A stretch of DNA of 64,000 nucleotides from Bacillota bacterium (GTDB lineage: Bacteria > Bacillota > Clostridia > Oscillospirales > Ruminococcaceae), in assembly GCA_023457355.1 (NCBI GenBank), contig JAEWLW010000054.1, positions 28,420 through 92,419 of the forward strand, read 5' to 3'. The notes under the pieces are model-generated. The model ran no database searches, was not told the DNA's origin, and worked only from the letters and a program-made list of their open reading frames with translations. Within the stretch, counting starts at the first letter, position 1. Each line of letters begins with the position of its first letter. This document shows positions 18,530 to 29,012 of the stretch, piece by piece. Position numbers and translations under genes: made by a program.

Positions 18530-20386
18530 TCATTTTTCCATTTGCAGCAGCAGCGCCGCCAGCCCCTCGGCATCCAGCCGCAGCATGTGCAGCGCACGCG
18601 CCACGGCGCTTTGCGGCACAAAGCCGTCTATGGCGTGCAGCGCGGTTTTGCCGCGGTAACCGTTTAACGCCAGAGCGGCAATAAACTGCATCCCCAAGCC
18701 GCCGCTTCGGATGCCTTCCTCGGCGAAGAGTATTTTATCATAACGGGATGCCGCCGCCACCGCGCCGCCATCCAGCGGCAAAATTCGGTTGAGCTTGATA
18801 ACGGCCGTGTCCCCCAGCCGCTCCGCCGCTGCTTTTGCAGCGGCAAAGGTTCGGCCGTAGGTGACAATCACCCGCCTGCTGCCTGCGGGCGCATATTCAT
18901 CAAAAGCCTTGCCGGTTGCAGGCATTTGAGCCAGTTCGGGGCTTTCACCCCCGCGTGGGTAACGCACCGCAACCGGGCCGTCATAATCGCTTAAAGCGCT
19001 TTTAAGCATCGCCTTCAGTTCGGCATAGTTGGCGGGTGCCAGTACCGCAACGCCCGGGATGGTCGATAAAAAGGCCACATCAAAAATCCCCTGATGTGTT
19101 TCGCCGTCGTCGCCCACAATACCGGCGCGGTCGACGCCCAGTACAACATGCCGTTTTTCAATCGCGGCATCGTGAATGAGCTGGTCATAGCCGCGCTGCA
19201 AAAAGGTGGAATAAATGGCGAACACCGGCAGCATGCCGCCCGCGGAAAGCGCACTGGCAAAGGTGACGCCGAATTCCTCGGCGATGCCAACATCATAGTA
19301 GCGCCCCACGCCCTTAAACCGTCTGCCGAAATATTGCAGGCCGGTGCCGTGCTCCATGGCAGCCGTGACGGCGCAGATGCGGGCATCTTGCTCCGCAAGT
19401 CGCACCAGCTCTTTGCCAAAAACAGAAGAAAAACTCTCGCCCGCCGCTTTGAGGGGCTGGCCGGTTTGGATATCAAAGCGCGAGACGCCATGATAAGCGC
19501 CCGGATTTTGCTCCGCAAAGGTATAGCCCTTGCCTTTTTGCGTCTGGATATGAATGATGCTTGGGCCATCGGTTTTTTTAGCTTCCGCGAGGATATCACA
19601 GAGATTTTGAAGGTTATGCCCATCCACCGGGCCAAAATAGGTGAATCCAAGCTCCTCAAAAAAAGTGCTCGGATAAATAACCTGCTTTAAAACCGTTTTT
19701 GAACCCGCAACAAGATCGCGCAGCGCCTCGCCTGCAACCGGCACACTGAGCAGCGCCTGCTCCGTGATCTTTTTCACTTTAAAATAACCGGGTTTTGAAC
19801 GGATAACCGAAAGATATTTTGCAACGGCCCCTTCGTTTTTTGAGATGGCCATTTCGTTGTCATTGATGATGATAATAAGATTTTCGTCGCTTTTTCCGAC
19901 ATTATTTAAACCCTCATAGGCCATGCCGCCGGTGAGAGAACCGTCGCCGATGACCGCGATGACATGGTCGCGCTTCCCCTGCAGCGTCATGCTGCGCTTA
20001 AGCCCGTAGGCCGCGGCAATGGATGTGCTGGCGTGCCCCGCGATGAAGCTATCATAAGCGCTTTCCTCGGTTTTGGGAAAACCGGAAATGCCGTTTTCCT
20101 GCCGGAGCGTTGGAAAACGGCTCAGGCGCCCGGTCAGCAGTTTATAAGTATAGCATTGATGCCCAACGTCCCAGACAATTTTATCTTTGGCAACGTTAAA
20201 GCAATACATCAGCGCCAGCGTCAGTTCCACAACGCCGAGGTTCGAAGCCAAATGGCCGCCTGTGCGTGAGACGGTATTTATAAGTTCTGCCCGAATCTCT
20301 TCGGCAAGCAGTTTAAGCTGAAAAACAGAAAGCTGCCGTAAACCCTGCGGATTACCGGACAGATCTAAAATTCGTTTTGAAGACAT
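18530..20386 (-). CDS. dxs: 1-deoxy-D-xylulose-5-phosphate synthase
   Basis: GGHLASNLG, WDVGHQ, GDGSLTGG, DRAGIVGDDGETHQG. Confidence 0.98.
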   Translation of the reverse strand: MSSKRILDLSGNPQGLRQLSVFQLKLLAEEIRAELINTVSRTGGHLASNLGVVELTLALMYCFNVAKDKIVWDVGHQCYTYKLLTGRLSRFPTLRQENGISGFPKTEESAYDSFIAGHASTSIAAAYGLKRSMTLQGKRDHVIAVIGDGSLTGGMAYEGLNNVGKSDENLIIIINDNEMAISKNEGAVAKYLSVIRSKPGYFKVKKITEQALLSVPVAGEALRDLVAGSKTVLKQVIYPSTFFEELGFTYFGPVDGHNLQNLCDILAEAKKTDGPSIIHIQTQKGKGYTFAEQNPGAYHGVSRFDIQTGQPLKAAGESFSSVFGKELVRLAEQDARICAVTAAMEHGTGLQYFGRRFKGVGRYYDVGIAEEFGVTFASALSAGGMLPVFAIYSTFLQRGYDQLIHDAAIEKRHVVLGVDRAGIVGDDGETHQGIFDVAFLSTIPGVAVLAPANYAELKAMLKSALSDYDGPVAVRYPRGGESPELAQMPATGKAFDEYAPAGSRRVIVTYGRTFAAAKAAAERLGDTAVIKLNRILPLDGGAVAAASRYDKILFAEEGIRSGGLGMQFIAALALNGYRGKTALHAIDGFVPQSAVARALHMLRLDAEGLAALLLQMEK

Positions 20387-20407
20387 GTCAAACCCCTTAA
20401 ATTATGA

Positions 20408-20974
20408 TTATAACGGATAGATCATTGCTATAAGTATGCCAAGCAGCGCACCTGCGATAACTTCCAACGGCGTATGTCCGAGATATTCTTTAAGCGCCTT
20501 TCGGTCTGGATCAGCACTTGTTTCGTCATCAGAAACCGCATCCGGATCGCCTGCATCGGAAGGCAGCGGCGCACTTATTTCCTCGTCATCCTCAAAATCC
20601 AACAACGGATGTTCCTTTAATACGTCCCAAAAATCTTTATAGCTGCCCAGCAGCCAGTTGATGGTTTTGGCCTGTTCTCCGGCCGCCCGCCGAACGCCCA
20701 TCGCGTCGTACATCACCACCGCCGCAAAAGCGATGGTGAGCGCAAACACCGGCGACACAAAGCCCTCGACACGCGCCATTCCGATGGTGAGCGACACCAC
20801 CAGCGCGGAATGCGAGCTGGGCATGCCGCCGGAGCCCGTTAAACGTTCCAGTCTTAAATTGCCATGGGAAAACCAGTGCAGCAGCGTTTTAATCACCTGT
20901 GCGGCAAACCAGGACAATGCGCAGATATTGACAAGTGAATTGCTGCAAAGAACCTGAATAATCGGCATGTTCAT
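20408..20974 (-). CDS. Divergent PAP2 (DUF212) family protein
   Basis: GGMPSSHS, YDAMGVRR, LGHTPLEV. Confidence 0.92.
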   Translation of the reverse strand: MNMPIIQVLCSNSLVNICALSWFAAQVIKTLLHWFSHGNLRLERLTGSGGMPSSHSALVVSLTIGMARVEGFVSPVFALTIAFAAVVMYDAMGVRRAAGEQAKTINWLLGSYKDFWDVLKEHPLLDFEDDEEISAPLPSDAGDPDAVSDDETSADPDRKALKEYLGHTPLEVIAGALLGILIAMIYPL

Positions 20975-21001
20975 AACTTCCTTTTAAACGGAGAATAACT
21001 T

Positions 21002-21895
21002 TTAGGCGTTGCGGCGCGCCAAAAGGTCGGTCAGCGCGGGCAGAAAAGTATCTTCCGGAAACAGCTCGGCCAGGTCCCGCTGCGCGCTTGCGAACAGTTC
21101 TTCCGCCTTTTTTTGCGCGGTATCCAGCCCCAAAAGCGAAACAAAGGTAACCTTTTGCGCTTTTTCATCACTCCCGGTGTTTTTGCCCAAAACGGCGCTG
21201 TCGCCGGTCACATCGAGTATATCGTCGGTAATTTGAAAAGCCAACCCAATCTTTTTGGCATAAGCCAGTGCCAGTTGTGTCTGATACGCGGAAGCACCGG
21301 CGGCAATACAGCCGCAATGAACGGCGGCGCCGATGAGCGCCCCAGTTTTCATCGCCACCATATCCTGATGTTGGGACAGTGTAAGCGAATGTCCCTCGCT
21401 GAGCACATCGATGACCTGCCCCCCCAACATGCCATATTCCCCTGAAGCCTTGGAAAGGGTACGAACCAGCGCCAAGGCACAATCGGCCCCGAGCAGGCGC
21501 TGGGTTTCCCCGCCGGACAGTACCTCAAAGGCAAGCGTGAGCAGGCCGTCCCCCGCCAGCACCGCCAGCCCCTCGCCAAACTGCTTGTGGTTGGAGGGCT
21601 TGCCGCGGCGCATGTCGTCATCGTCCATGCAAGGCAGGTCGTCGTGTATCAATGAATAAGCATGAATCATCTCCAGCGCACAGGCGGCGGGCATGGCCAG
21701 CTCGCCCGGCATGCCAAAGGCCCTGCAAAATGCAACCGCCAGCACAGCGCGAATGCGCTTGCCGCCGCCCAACAGGCTGTAGCGCATGGCTTCCAGCACG
21801 GGGGCCTGCATCATGCTCTCGTCGTATTCGGTCAATAACTGCAAATTGTTTTCAATCTGTGCGCGGAGCGCGGCAAATTCGTCGTCAAATTGCAT
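21002..21895 (-). CDS. ispA: Farnesyl/geranylgeranyl diphosphate synthase
   Basis: GGKRIR, HDDLPCMDDD, FQITDDILD. Confidence 0.95.
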   Translation of the reverse strand: MQFDDEFAALRAQIENNLQLLTEYDESMMQAPVLEAMRYSLLGGGKRIRAVLAVAFCRAFGMPGELAMPAACALEMIHAYSLIHDDLPCMDDDDMRRGKPSNHKQFGEGLAVLAGDGLLTLAFEVLSGGETQRLLGADCALALVRTLSKASGEYGMLGGQVIDVLSEGHSLTLSQHQDMVAMKTGALIGAAVHCGCIAAGASAYQTQLALAYAKKIGLAFQITDDILDVTGDSAVLGKNTGSDEKAQKVTFVSLLGLDTAQKKAEELFASAQRDLAELFPEDTFLPALTDLLARRNA

Positions 21896-22085
21896 CGCCT
21901 TGGCCCTCTTTCTCAGGAAAAAGCTTCTCTATTTTTGTTTTGGCATCATTTAACTGCTTTGAGCAGCTTTCTATCAGCCCAGCACCCTCGGCATAAAGCG
22001 CCAGCGACTGCTCCAAAGTGGTACTGCCGTTAGACAGCAACGCCGTTATTTCATCCAAGCGGGTAAGCGCCTGTTCAAAGGTCAT
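21885..22085 (-). CDS. xseB: Exodeoxyribonuclease VII small subunit
   Basis: MTFEQAL..LEQSLALYAEG; synteny. Confidence 0.93.
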   Translation of the reverse strand: MTFEQALTRLDEITALLSNGSTTLEQSLALYAEGAGLIESCSKQLNDAKTKIEKLFPEKEGQGDAI

Positions 22086-23299
22086 AGTTCTTCTCCTTCT
22101 GCGGCGGTGCGCTGAATAACCGCCGCTGCGCCGCCTTTGTGCAGCCTCAGCGTAATGGTATCCCCCGCCTTTAAATGCGCGGCGGACAGGACGGGGTGAC
22201 CATCCTTCGCCGCAATGCAATAACCGCGGGCCAGAACCCGCAACGGGCTGAGAGAATCCAGCAGGGCGGCCTGCTGCGCCACGGGTTTGAATCTGTTTGA
22301 AACTTCACTTTGAGAAAGGTTATACATCAATTCTATCAAATTATTCAATCTTTGTCTATTTTTATTAATAAAAAACCACGGATTTTTTAGAGGCTCAGTC
22401 ATTTCTTTTTCGTAGAGCATCCGTTCCTTTAAAACCATCTGATGCCCGATTGCATTTTTAATCGCCGCCCGGCGCTGTTCGAGCCTTTCAATGAGCTGCG
22501 CGCGGTCGGTGACAGCAAGCTCGGCGGCAGCGGTCGGGGTTGCCGCCCGCAGGTCCGCGGCCAGGTCACAGAGCGTGATATCGGTCTCATGCCCCACGGC
22601 CGAAATGGTTGGAATGCGGGAACCGGCCACAGCGCACACCGTCGCTTCTTCATTAAAAGCCCACAGATCCTCGGCGGAACCGCCACCGCGCCCGACGATG
22701 ATAACCTCGCTTCTGCCGTCGCGGTTGAGCATCTCAATGGCGGCCGCAATGGACGCGGGCGCCCCCGGCCCCTGTACGACGGCAGGCGCCAGCAGCAGCT
22801 GCACCGCAGGGTTTTTACGCGTGATCACGCTGATGATATCATGCAGTGCCGCGCCGGATTCAGATGTCACCACGCCCACTGTCGTCGGGTTCTGCGGGAT
22901 CGGACGCTTTCGGTTTTCATCAAAATAACCCTTGGCCGCTAAAAGCTGCTTCTGTTTTTCAAAGGCGAAGCCCTGTGCACCCGCGCCGTCCAGCATCAGC
23001 TCTGAGACGGCCAACTGGAATGCACCGTCGCGTTCATACAGGGTGGCCGCGCCGCGCGCCACCACAGCCAGTCCGCTTTGCGGCATAAATTTAAGCTGCA
23101 TGGCATTGCCCGCAAACATGACGGCCTTTATAGAGCATAGGTCATCACGCAGCGTAAAATACAAGTGCCCCGAACGTTGATTAACAGTCAGGGTGCCAAT
23201 TTCACCCGCGACATAGATTTCTTTCAGCCTGGGATCGGACTCCAGCTGCGATTTAACGTAACGGTTTAACTGTGAAACCTTCAAAATCGGCAGTCTCAT
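22082..23299 (-). CDS. xseA: Exodeoxyribonuclease VII large subunit
   Basis: GHLYFTL, RGGGSAEDLWAFN, SAVGHETD, TPTAAAE. Confidence 0.97.
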   Translation of the reverse strand: MRLPILKVSQLNRYVKSQLESDPRLKEIYVAGEIGTLTVNQRSGHLYFTLRDDLCSIKAVMFAGNAMQLKFMPQSGLAVVARGAATLYERDGAFQLAVSELMLDGAGAQGFAFEKQKQLLAAKGYFDENRKRPIPQNPTTVGVVTSESGAALHDIISVITRKNPAVQLLLAPAVVQGPGAPASIAAAIEMLNRDGRSEVIIVGRGGGSAEDLWAFNEEATVCAVAGSRIPTISAVGHETDITLCDLAADLRAATPTAAAELAVTDRAQLIERLEQRRAAIKNAIGHQMVLKERMLYEKEMTEPLKNPWFFINKNRQRLNNLIELMYNLSQSEVSNRFKPVAQQAALLDSLSPLRVLARGYCIAAKDGHPVLSAAHLKAGDTITLRLHKGGAAAVIQRTAAEGEEL

Positions 23300-24249
23300 A
23301 ACGGGGCACCTCCCTTCCGGCACACCGCCTCACCCGCACAAAGCGCCGTCAGCACCGCAATGCCCGCGGCGTTGTCGCAGGAAAATGCAGGCGGTGCAAA
23401 AATGCCGTGATAAAGGCTTTCGACTTCGGCGCGAATCAGCGTATTGGACATCACGCCGCCGGCAAACACCAGATCGGTACAGCCGGTGGCCGCTTTGGCG
23501 TTCTCCACCATCTTTAACAGTGCCTTTAAGATGGAGAGGAGGGCAAACCGGGCAATATCCGCAGGCGGCTCACCTTTACTTAACAGCACCCGGCACTGGT
23601 TCTCAATGCCCGACAGGCAGGGGTTATTCCCCTGAAATGCCGATTTGACTGTAAAGCGGCGGTCGGACTGCTGCGCAAGCGCATCCAACGCGGGGCCTGC
23701 GGGAAATTCCAACCCCAGCATGTGCCCCACCCGATCCACCACCTGCCCCGCGTTCAGGTCGTTGGTGCAGCTTAAAAGCGCAATATCCGCTTCTCGCAGC
23801 GATTTGACCCACAGACATTCCGTCGTTCCGCCCGAAAGATGGAACGCCAAAAAGCTTTTCTCAATCAAATCCAGCCGGTCAGCGCCGTAAAGCGCCGCCG
23901 CAACATGCCCCGCCTGATGCGAAAAAGTAAACAGCGGTACGCCCATAGCGACCGATGCCGTCTCGGCCGCCATCAGCCCCGTTAAAAAACAGGGCATATA
24001 CGACCCTTCAACATCGCGCGGGCGGCGTGAAACGCCGATGGCGGCAAGCGGCCGGTTATCCTGCTCGCGCAGCCGTGCCATCAGTTCGCCAAGCGCTTTA
24101 ACATGCGAAAAAACGGCGTCGCTCTGCCGCAGGCCAACCTGACCCTGCGGCACGGGCAAAAGCCGTTTTTGCTCAACGACACCCCCTGCGCGGTAAATGG
24201 CGCAGGAGGTGGTATAATTACTTGTATCAATTCCTAAATATCCGCGCAT
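23296..24249 (-). CDS. TsaD/Kae1-like (peptidase M22 fold) paralogue
   Basis: LGIDTSNYTTS, HQAGH, LSGGTT, GGVMSN, DNAAGIA. Confidence 0.85.
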   Translation of the reverse strand: MRGYLGIDTSNYTTSCAIYRAGGVVEQKRLLPVPQGQVGLRQSDAVFSHVKALGELMARLREQDNRPLAAIGVSRRPRDVEGSYMPCFLTGLMAAETASVAMGVPLFTFSHQAGHVAAALYGADRLDLIEKSFLAFHLSGGTTECLWVKSLREADIALLSCTNDLNAGQVVDRVGHMLGLEFPAGPALDALAQQSDRRFTVKSAFQGNNPCLSGIENQCRVLLSKGEPPADIARFALLSILKALLKMVENAKAATGCTDLVFAGGVMSNTLIRAEVESLYHGIFAPPAFSCDNAAGIAVLTALCAGEAVCRKGGAPL

Positions 24250-24677
24250 GATTCGTTCTCATCAGCCTCTTTATTCTTGACCGGCGCGGCTTCCTTGACA
24301 AAGGTGCCCAACACGCCGTTGATGTATGAAGCGTCATTTTCGGTTGCATATTTTTTGGCCAATTCGATGGCCTCGTTTATGGTTACCCGTATCGGTATGT
24401 CCGGAAAATAGGTCAGCTCGCAGACGGCCAGACGCAGCACCGCCAGCGTAACCCGCGCCAGACGGGTAATTTTCCATTTGGTCAGATATTTTTCGATATT
24501 CTGGTCGAGTTCGGTCTCTTTCTCGGCTGCTGTCATCACCAGCCGGCGGGCATAATCATTAAGCTCCAGCGCACGGCTTTCCACCGCCAGCGCAATCAGC
24601 TCTTCCATGGTTTCCTCCCGGAAGGATTTTTCAAAAATAAGCAGGAATGCGGCTTCTCGCGCATCTCTTCTTTTCAT
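24234..24677 (-). CDS. nusB: Transcription antitermination factor NusB
   Basis: RRDARE, LRLAVCE, INEAIELAKKY, YINGVL. Confidence 0.96.
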   Translation of the reverse strand: MKRRDAREAAFLLIFEKSFREETMEELIALAVESRALELNDYARRLVMTAAEKETELDQNIEKYLTKWKITRLARVTLAVLRLAVCELTYFPDIPIRVTINEAIELAKKYATENDASYINGVLGTFVKEAAPVKNKEADENESCADI

Positions 24678-24754
24678 AGGAACGACCTCTCATGTAAAAA
24701 TACAAAAACATACCCTCCGGCGTGTCAGGCGCGGGAGGGTATCTCATTGCTGGT

Positions 24755-25123
24755 TTAAGCCTGCTGTTCGCCGGCCTCGTATGCAATTCCCTCAACAACA
24801 ACGTTGACCTTTGAGACTGTGATGGCGGTCATGCTCTGAATGGATTCCTTGACAGCTTTTTGCACCTTCTCTGAAACAACCGGAATCTTCACACCGTGCT
24901 TTAAAACAAGATGCAGCGTAATCTCGGCCATATCATCATTGAGGGCAATGTGAACCGCCTTGGGGAATGACCGCCTGGATAGCATGCCCTTAAAATCAAC
25001 CGGCGACACAGCAAGGCTATCCACGCCCTCGATTTCGGATGCAGCCGTACCGGCGATGGTCACTAAAACCTCTTTGGAAATGCGCAGCGTTCCGACTGCG
25101 CCCTCGTGTATTTTCTCGTTCAT
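24755..25123 (-). CDS. Asp23/Gls24 family protein
   Basis: GTLRISKEV..VQKAVK..MT..VNV; synteny with nusB. Confidence 0.92.
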   Translation of the reverse strand: MNEKIHEGAVGTLRISKEVLVTIAGTAASEIEGVDSLAVSPVDFKGMLSRRSFPKAVHIALNDDMAEITLHLVLKHGVKIPVVSEKVQKAVKESIQSMTAITVSKVNVVVEGIAYEAGEQQA

Positions 25124-25329
25124 CTAACAGTTTCCTCCGTTGTCCTTTTCAAATGCCGCGCAACCCCGCGGAAAATCAAAGCCTCAGGCAGTTGATAAAC
25201 CATACCCTATTATGCCCCCCACAAGCGCCGGGCAAACCGTTTTCTGCCGACTGTGGAGCTTAACCGGAGCTGAAAAGCGGCTATGCGTAATCCCTGTCGC
25301 ATCGGGCATCGGGATGACGGCACACCATC

Positions 25330-25514
25330 AGCGGTTGATGCTCAAAGCGGCGAGCCGCCGAACCTACGTTCGGTATGATAACCGCTTAGCATTATTACGC
25401 CACAGCGCATGGCGCTCGGTGGTATAATGCGCGCATCAAAAGGCGTTTGCCGCGTTAAGTCGTGAACCGTTGCGCATTTGCCCAGTATAATAACCGCTTA
25501 GCGTTATTATACCA
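25330..25514 (-). repeat. Copy (about 1.5-2 units) of dispersed palindromic repeat
   Basis: Reverse complement reads GGTATAATAACGCTAAGCGGTTATTATAC..ATGCGCAACGG..CGCCTTTTGATGCGCGCATTATACC. Confidence 0.8.
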
Positions 25515-25780
25515 CATATTTACGGCAAGACAACCGGATGATACAAAATTATCTGTTGCCGCCGTTAATAAGCACATGCAAAACCCTGTGTTTATATATT
25601 TTCAAAAGAACAGGTATCGACTGGCAGCGCATACTGCACAACGTGTTGAGGCGCACAAAACGTGCGCCTCAACACCGGGCAGGTTTGTTTTCCCGCCGCC
25701 AATTGAATGGGTCGGAATATCTGTCATTTTATCCTACTGCGTTATCAGCGGCCGCCCGTAAAAATGGCATGCGCAATAAT

Positions 25781-26323
25781 TCAGCTAACCTCGATAATGG
25801 CGATGTTCTCGTCGGGCACCGTGACCTCTTTGACAATAATATCCTTCATTTGCGCTACTTCATTGGTGAGCAGGCCCTCGGTTTTGACAATGACGTCAAC
25901 GCGCTGTGTATCGTAATAGACCATGCAGTCTTTAAAGCCTTTGGCCTTGATCAGGTTTTCAATCTTGCCTTCCTTCTCGATAGCCTCTGCCATAGAAGTG
26001 GTTTTAAGCGCCAGTTCGGTGCGCTGTTCGGGGGTGATGGCATCGCTTTCAATGAGGTTTTTTAAGGTTTGAACAGCTTCGTCACGGGTTTTCTGGCGGC
26101 TGATCTTAGCCTCGGCAAAGAAAGCATCGGCATCCTCGCCGATATCGACATACTGAGAGTCCCCATAGTTCTTATCTGTCTCCAGCGTGCTTGTGGTCGG
26201 CAGCTCAAACCCGTCGCCGGAATAAACCCAGTTGAGATAGACCGCCAGGGACAGGCAGAGCACCAAAGCAGCCAATATTATCTGTTTCTTGCCAACAATC
26301 ATATTCATTCTAAACTTTTTCAT
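25781..26323 (-). CDS. spoIIIAH: Stage III sporulation protein AH
   Basis: N-terminal TM, FFAEAK..R, IENLIKAKGF; operon position. Confidence 0.93.
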   Translation of the reverse strand: MKKFRMNMIVGKKQIILAALVLCLSLAVYLNWVYSGDGFELPTTSTLETDKNYGDSQYVDIGEDADAFFAEAKISRQKTRDEAVQTLKNLIESDAITPEQRTELALKTTSMAEAIEKEGKIENLIKAKGFKDCMVYYDTQRVDVIVKTEGLLTNEVAQMKDIIVKEVTVPDENIAIIEVS

Positions 26324-26342
26324 TCGGATTGCCTCCCGCTTA

Positions 26343-26921
26343 TTATTCTGCTGATTGAATTACGCATACCTGTAAGGTTGTTACGCCCAACGCTGTTGTC
26401 ACCGCGTCGGTCACGCGCTGGCGTATCACCGGATTCCCGGCGCCGCTGCAAACCACCACCACACCCTTTACCCTGGGTGAAAGCTCGGTAAGAACCAAAG
26501 GCTTTTTTCCCCCTGTAGAATCGACCAAAATGTAGCTTTGCTGCCGGTCTTCCTTTTCCTGAACCTTAGAAGGCGATTCGCTGCCGTCCGCATAGGTAAA
26601 AACGCTGTCACCGGACTTCTTTTCGTCTGCCGCATACCGATATTCAACACCGTTTTCCAATGTGACCATAACATGAACCGCGCCCACTCCTTTAATCTGT
26701 TTTAATATCTCAGTCAAACGCTGCTCCGTCTGCTGCGCATGGGTGGTCAGCGTGCTTCCGGCATCATCCTGCGCAGCGCCCCGGTCGCCGATATGGGGCC
26801 ACAGACCGGTCAGCATAATTAACAGCATGCCTGCCACACCCAACGCCGTGAGCCATTTGGCCTGCTTTTCTGAGATGCCGCTTTTTGAAAACAGTCCTTT
26901 GAACAGTTGCGATACGTCCAC
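26343..26921 (-). CDS. spoIIIAG: Stage III sporulation protein AG
   Basis: IKGVGAVHVMVTL, PRVKGVVVVCSGA. Confidence 0.93.
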   Translation of the reverse strand: MDVSQLFKGLFSKSGISEKQAKWLTALGVAGMLLIMLTGLWPHIGDRGAAQDDAGSTLTTHAQQTEQRLTEILKQIKGVGAVHVMVTLENGVEYRYAADEKKSGDSVFTYADGSESPSKVQEKEDRQQSYILVDSTGGKKPLVLTELSPRVKGVVVVCSGAGNPVIRQRVTDAVTTALGVTTLQVCVIQSAE

Positions 26922-26922
26922 G

Positions 26923-27393
26923 CTATTTCACCTCCTCATATATAGCAGTCTGAACAGCTATACCTAAAAAGCTTTCAAGCTCCTTTTTAGTCTCATTTTG
27001 TCTTTGGCTATCCTTCGGCTCTAAAAGAATATGCACCTTTGACACCTCTAGCACGTTCTCCGATACGCTAAAGTCTATTCCGATTTCACGCGGAAATATG
27101 CCAAGCATTTCTAATTTATTGGAAATCAATTCGATCATTTTCGCTTGAAACTGCCGCTTTAAAATTTCATCGGTATCAAGGACTTCAATTGCCTGTTCCT
27201 GAACCGACGAGAGGTCAATCTTTGGCCTTTCATCCAGCCAGCCGGATGCGGGCGCAATCAGGCAGAGCAGTAAAAACATCTGCAAAATATAGCCCAACTG
27301 CTTTTTTTGGGAAGACGGCGTCAGGTTTTCAAAAATTGCGGCTACCATCGCACAAACAAGCAGCGTAAAGGTCCAAAGCTTTATATCGTTCAT
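26923..27393 (-). CDS. spoIIIAF: Stage III sporulation protein AF
   Basis: Two N-terminal TMs with ENLTP; operon position. Confidence 0.8.
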   Translation of the reverse strand: MNDIKLWTFTLLVCAMVAAIFENLTPSSQKKQLGYILQMFLLLCLIAPASGWLDERPKIDLSSVQEQAIEVLDTDEILKRQFQAKMIELISNKLEMLGIFPREIGIDFSVSENVLEVSKVHILLEPKDSQRQNETKKELESFLGIAVQTAIYEEVK

Positions 27394-27486
27394 TTCAACA
27401 CTCCTCTGGCCATTTGGCAATGGCAACGGCCTTGGCGGCGATTAACCGCGTGTTCAGTCATGTAAAGGCATTTAACTTTATACCGT

Positions 27487-28620
27487 TTACACCCCTGTTC
27501 CTCCGGTCAATGACAGCATAACAGCTGTGGAAATGACCAACAGCATCATCATCGAAAGCAAAATGGCGGTCATAATGGAAAGCAGGTTTGAAAACCCTGA
27601 CAGAATGCCCTTCACCGGTGATACCGAAAGCATCTCACCGGTTATCGCCGCAATGGCCACAACGGCGCGCAGCACCGTGATGCGCAGCAGCACCGGCAAG
27701 AAAGTCAGCACCGCCACCAGAATGCCAAAGCTGCCGACGCTCGCCTTAATAATCTGCAAGCTGCCCTGCATGGCGGAAAGCGCATCGGTGAGCACCGACC
27801 CCACCACCGGGATGAAACTGCCCACTAAAAACTTGGCGGTCTTTACAGCCGCCCCATCCGCCGCCGCGCTCAAAAAGCTTTGCAGCGACAGCAGCCCGGT
27901 GAAGACGGTCATCACCAGCACCAACCCCCAGTTAATCAGCTTTTTAATCGCGCCGGATATCATGACGATGCCGCTGTTCTGCCCGATGCCCCCCGCCAGA
28001 GATAACATCATATAGGACTGCGTCAGCGGCAGAAACACTCCCGCAGCCAGTTGTGACACAGTCTGCGCCGCGATCATCAGCACCGTGTGGTACACCGCCG
28101 CCGTCGCAGGCGCGCCCCCGGTGGCCACCACCGTGGCATACACCGGTATGTAGGCCAGCATAAACCGCGCGCAGGCGCGAATGCTCTCCGCCCCCTGCTC
28201 CAGGCAGTCCAGCACCGGCCCGCTGAGAATGGCCGTAATGCTCAATACCCCGATGAGGCCAAAAACACAGGCCGCCTGTGTTTTCTCCCCCAGCACCGAC
28301 AGAATTGCACAAAGCAGCACAGCGGCTAAAATAGAAAATAAATCCTTTTTATAGGCGGACACCGCCTGTGCAAAATGACGGGTCAGCAGGTTCCAAAGTT
28401 CCTGGGGCGAAACGGTCAGCAGCTTGCCCATGCTCAAATCATCAAGCGAGAGCTCGTCCGCCATTTCCTGCGCCGTCGGCGGAATCTGCTGCTGTAACAA
28501 TTCAAGTCCAAACTGGTCGGCCAGCTCCTCCACAGGGGAAACGGCCAGGCAGTGCATTGTCAGCAGCATCAAAAAGAGTAAAACAAACAACAGTTTTTTC
28601 ACGTCCACGGCTCCCCTCAT
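27487..28620 (-). CDS. spoIIIAE: Stage III sporulation protein AE
   Basis: Multi-TM, KTAKFLVGSFIPVVG. Confidence 0.93.
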   Translation of the reverse strand: MRGAVDVKKLLFVLLFLMLLTMHCLAVSPVEELADQFGLELLQQQIPPTAQEMADELSLDDLSMGKLLTVSPQELWNLLTRHFAQAVSAYKKDLFSILAAVLLCAILSVLGEKTQAACVFGLIGVLSITAILSGPVLDCLEQGAESIRACARFMLAYIPVYATVVATGGAPATAAVYHTVLMIAAQTVSQLAAGVFLPLTQSYMMLSLAGGIGQNSGIVMISGAIKKLINWGLVLVMTVFTGLLSLQSFLSAAADGAAVKTAKFLVGSFIPVVGSVLTDALSAMQGSLQIIKASVGSFGILVAVLTFLPVLLRITVLRAVVAIAAITGEMLSVSPVKGILSGFSNLLSIMTAILLSMMMLLVISTAVMLSLTGGTGV

Positions 28621-29012
28621 GCAGAAAATATTTTGGTTGCCAGCCGGAGCAGCTCACCAAACAGCGGCAGGCTTAAAGCCAGAAGGCAAACTTTTCCGCA
28701 AAACTCCACCTTGCTGCCGATGGCCGACTCCCCAGCATCCTTGCAAGCGTCGCAGGCCAGCTGGGTGCACACCGCGATGCCCAGCGCCTTAAGCAGCAGT
28801 GACGCATATTCGGTATCCATCTGGGTAAGCGCCACCAGCTCCGACATCTGCTCCACAATGGGGCTCAAAGTGTTAACACCCCACAGCATCAGCAGGATGC
28901 CGCAAACCAGCGAGAGCATCAGCGCATATTCTTTTTTTAAATCGCGCAATGTTACCGCCAGCAGCATCGCCATCAGCGCGGCGGCCACTACGGCAAAAAA
29001 CTCCTGCATCAC
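28617..29012 (-). CDS. spoIIIAD: Stage III sporulation protein AD
   Basis: LLKALGIA..CKDAGESAIGSKVE. Confidence 0.95.
   Translation of the reverse strand: MMQEFFAVVAAALMAMLLAVTLRDLKKEYALMLSLVCGILLMLWGVNTLSPIVEQMSELVALTQMDTEYASLLLKALGIAVCTQLACDACKDAGESAIGSKVEFCGKVCLLALSLPLFGELLRLATKIFSA

Noticed and set aside
25140..25761. ORFs in the spoIIIAH-asp23 spacer
   Set aside because: They run through the palindromic repeat and show no protein-like features.
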